From Adineta vaga (Eukaryota; Animalia; Rotifera), in the NCBI GenBank assembly GCA_021613535.1, contig CP075493.1:10912001-10976000 (forward strand): a stretch of 64,000 bases of DNA, read 5' to 3'. Below, one piece after another: positions 63,127-64,000 of this stretch. A program made the position numbers and the translations under genes. A model generated the notes under the pieces. The model made no database searches and had not been told where the DNA came from. It saw only the letters and a program-made list of their open reading frames with translations. Positions within the stretch are counted from its first letter, which is position 1. Every line of letters starts with the position of its first letter.

Positions 63127-63570
63127 TCGTCATATGAACAGATCAACTGTCGAGAGTATATACACGCAGAAGAGAAAAAAGCGTATAAACTTCAATATGA
63201 TAATTCTATCGAATAAGAAAATCATTTTCTTTGTGTCGTTCTATAAATAAATATTTACGCAAGCAAGATTCAAGAAAAGTAAATCAATACATTTCTTGCT
63301 TTCATAGGAATATAATGCGAAAACAGTCGATAGTCTTCACTATTCATTTAAGAACTATGTAATTATTACAATGATCTCATCAATTTGTGTGGTATTCTCA
63401 TGTGGAAGGACTTTTGAAATAGTAAGCATTGTTAATCGATGCCGAAATCTGTCATCATAGATATACGAATAAAACATGGATTTGAATTTTTCTACTTATA
63501 GAATAGAATAGAAGAGAAGAGATGTCTTCACATATACAGATATTCGTCTTTTTATTTCAATTTATTTAAT

Positions 63571-64000
63571 ATGAATAACAATAAGAAACGAAAAGCCACG
63601 TCTGTTCATCGTAATCCGATGACGAAAAAGAAATTTAATAATAATTATCAGTACATGTAAACTTTCTCTTACAGGTATAATATGTAAATATATGATTTTC
63701 CTTTTTTTAGAATATCGATTGAAATATTATCTAATGAGATTTTTTTGAATATATTTGATTATCTCGAAGCATTTGAAATCCATCATGCATTTTCAAATCT
63801 TAATGATCGTTTTCACCAACTTTTACATTGTCCAGCACTTCGATTGAAAATTAAATTAACCTATGGATCGGCCGGAGAAATATTTGCGAAAAATCACAAA
63901 TCATTATTATTTTCTTATCAAAATCAAATTTGTTCCGGCTATTTCCATGGTACTTGTGACAAAAAAACACAACATTCACCAAAACGTTTGAAACTTTCAG
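63571..64000 (+). CDS. F-box protein, 5' part (runs off the window)
   Basis: Probable intron 63651-63710, then ISIEILSNEIFLNIFDYL...AFSNLNDRF. Confidence 0.7.

Noticed and set aside
63658-63660. TAA as a premature stop in the last F-box gene
   Set aside because: It falls inside a plausible in-frame intron (63651-63710).

Overview
AT-rich eukaryotic genomic DNA, most likely from a bdelloid rotifer (Adineta/Rotaria-like). This is inferred from ~50-60 nt GT-AG introns, NHL/TPR/F-box/GPCR gene families and TGTGGG/TGAGGG telomere-like motifs. Many entries in the supplied ORF track are single exons, so I re-spliced the genes by hand. The window holds about 25 genes or gene remnants. The most notable are: (1) a cluster of three paralogous AIG1/septin-like GTPases, each with a Cys/His-rich metal-binding insert in a coiled coil and a shared ~110-aa helical C-terminal domain I do not recognise; (2) a catalytically dead caspase-like domain fused through a SEA-like segment to an H-Y-E ADP-ribosyltransferase; (3) a DED-transmembrane-NHL receptor-like protein. 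Also present are a TMEM272-like/D8C fusion, a TRPM channel, vWA and ubiquitin-fusion genes, and several genes that look non-metazoan (BAHD-type acyltransferase, minimal nucleotidyltransferase, NodB deacetylase pseudogene, two glycosyltransferase types). A ~1.9-kb duplication flanks a ~9.6-kb TE-rich segment containing a non-autonomous hAT with an 8-bp TSD, a decayed Sola2-like transposon and a palindrome-rich element. All family assignments come from motif recognition by eye; no database search was run.
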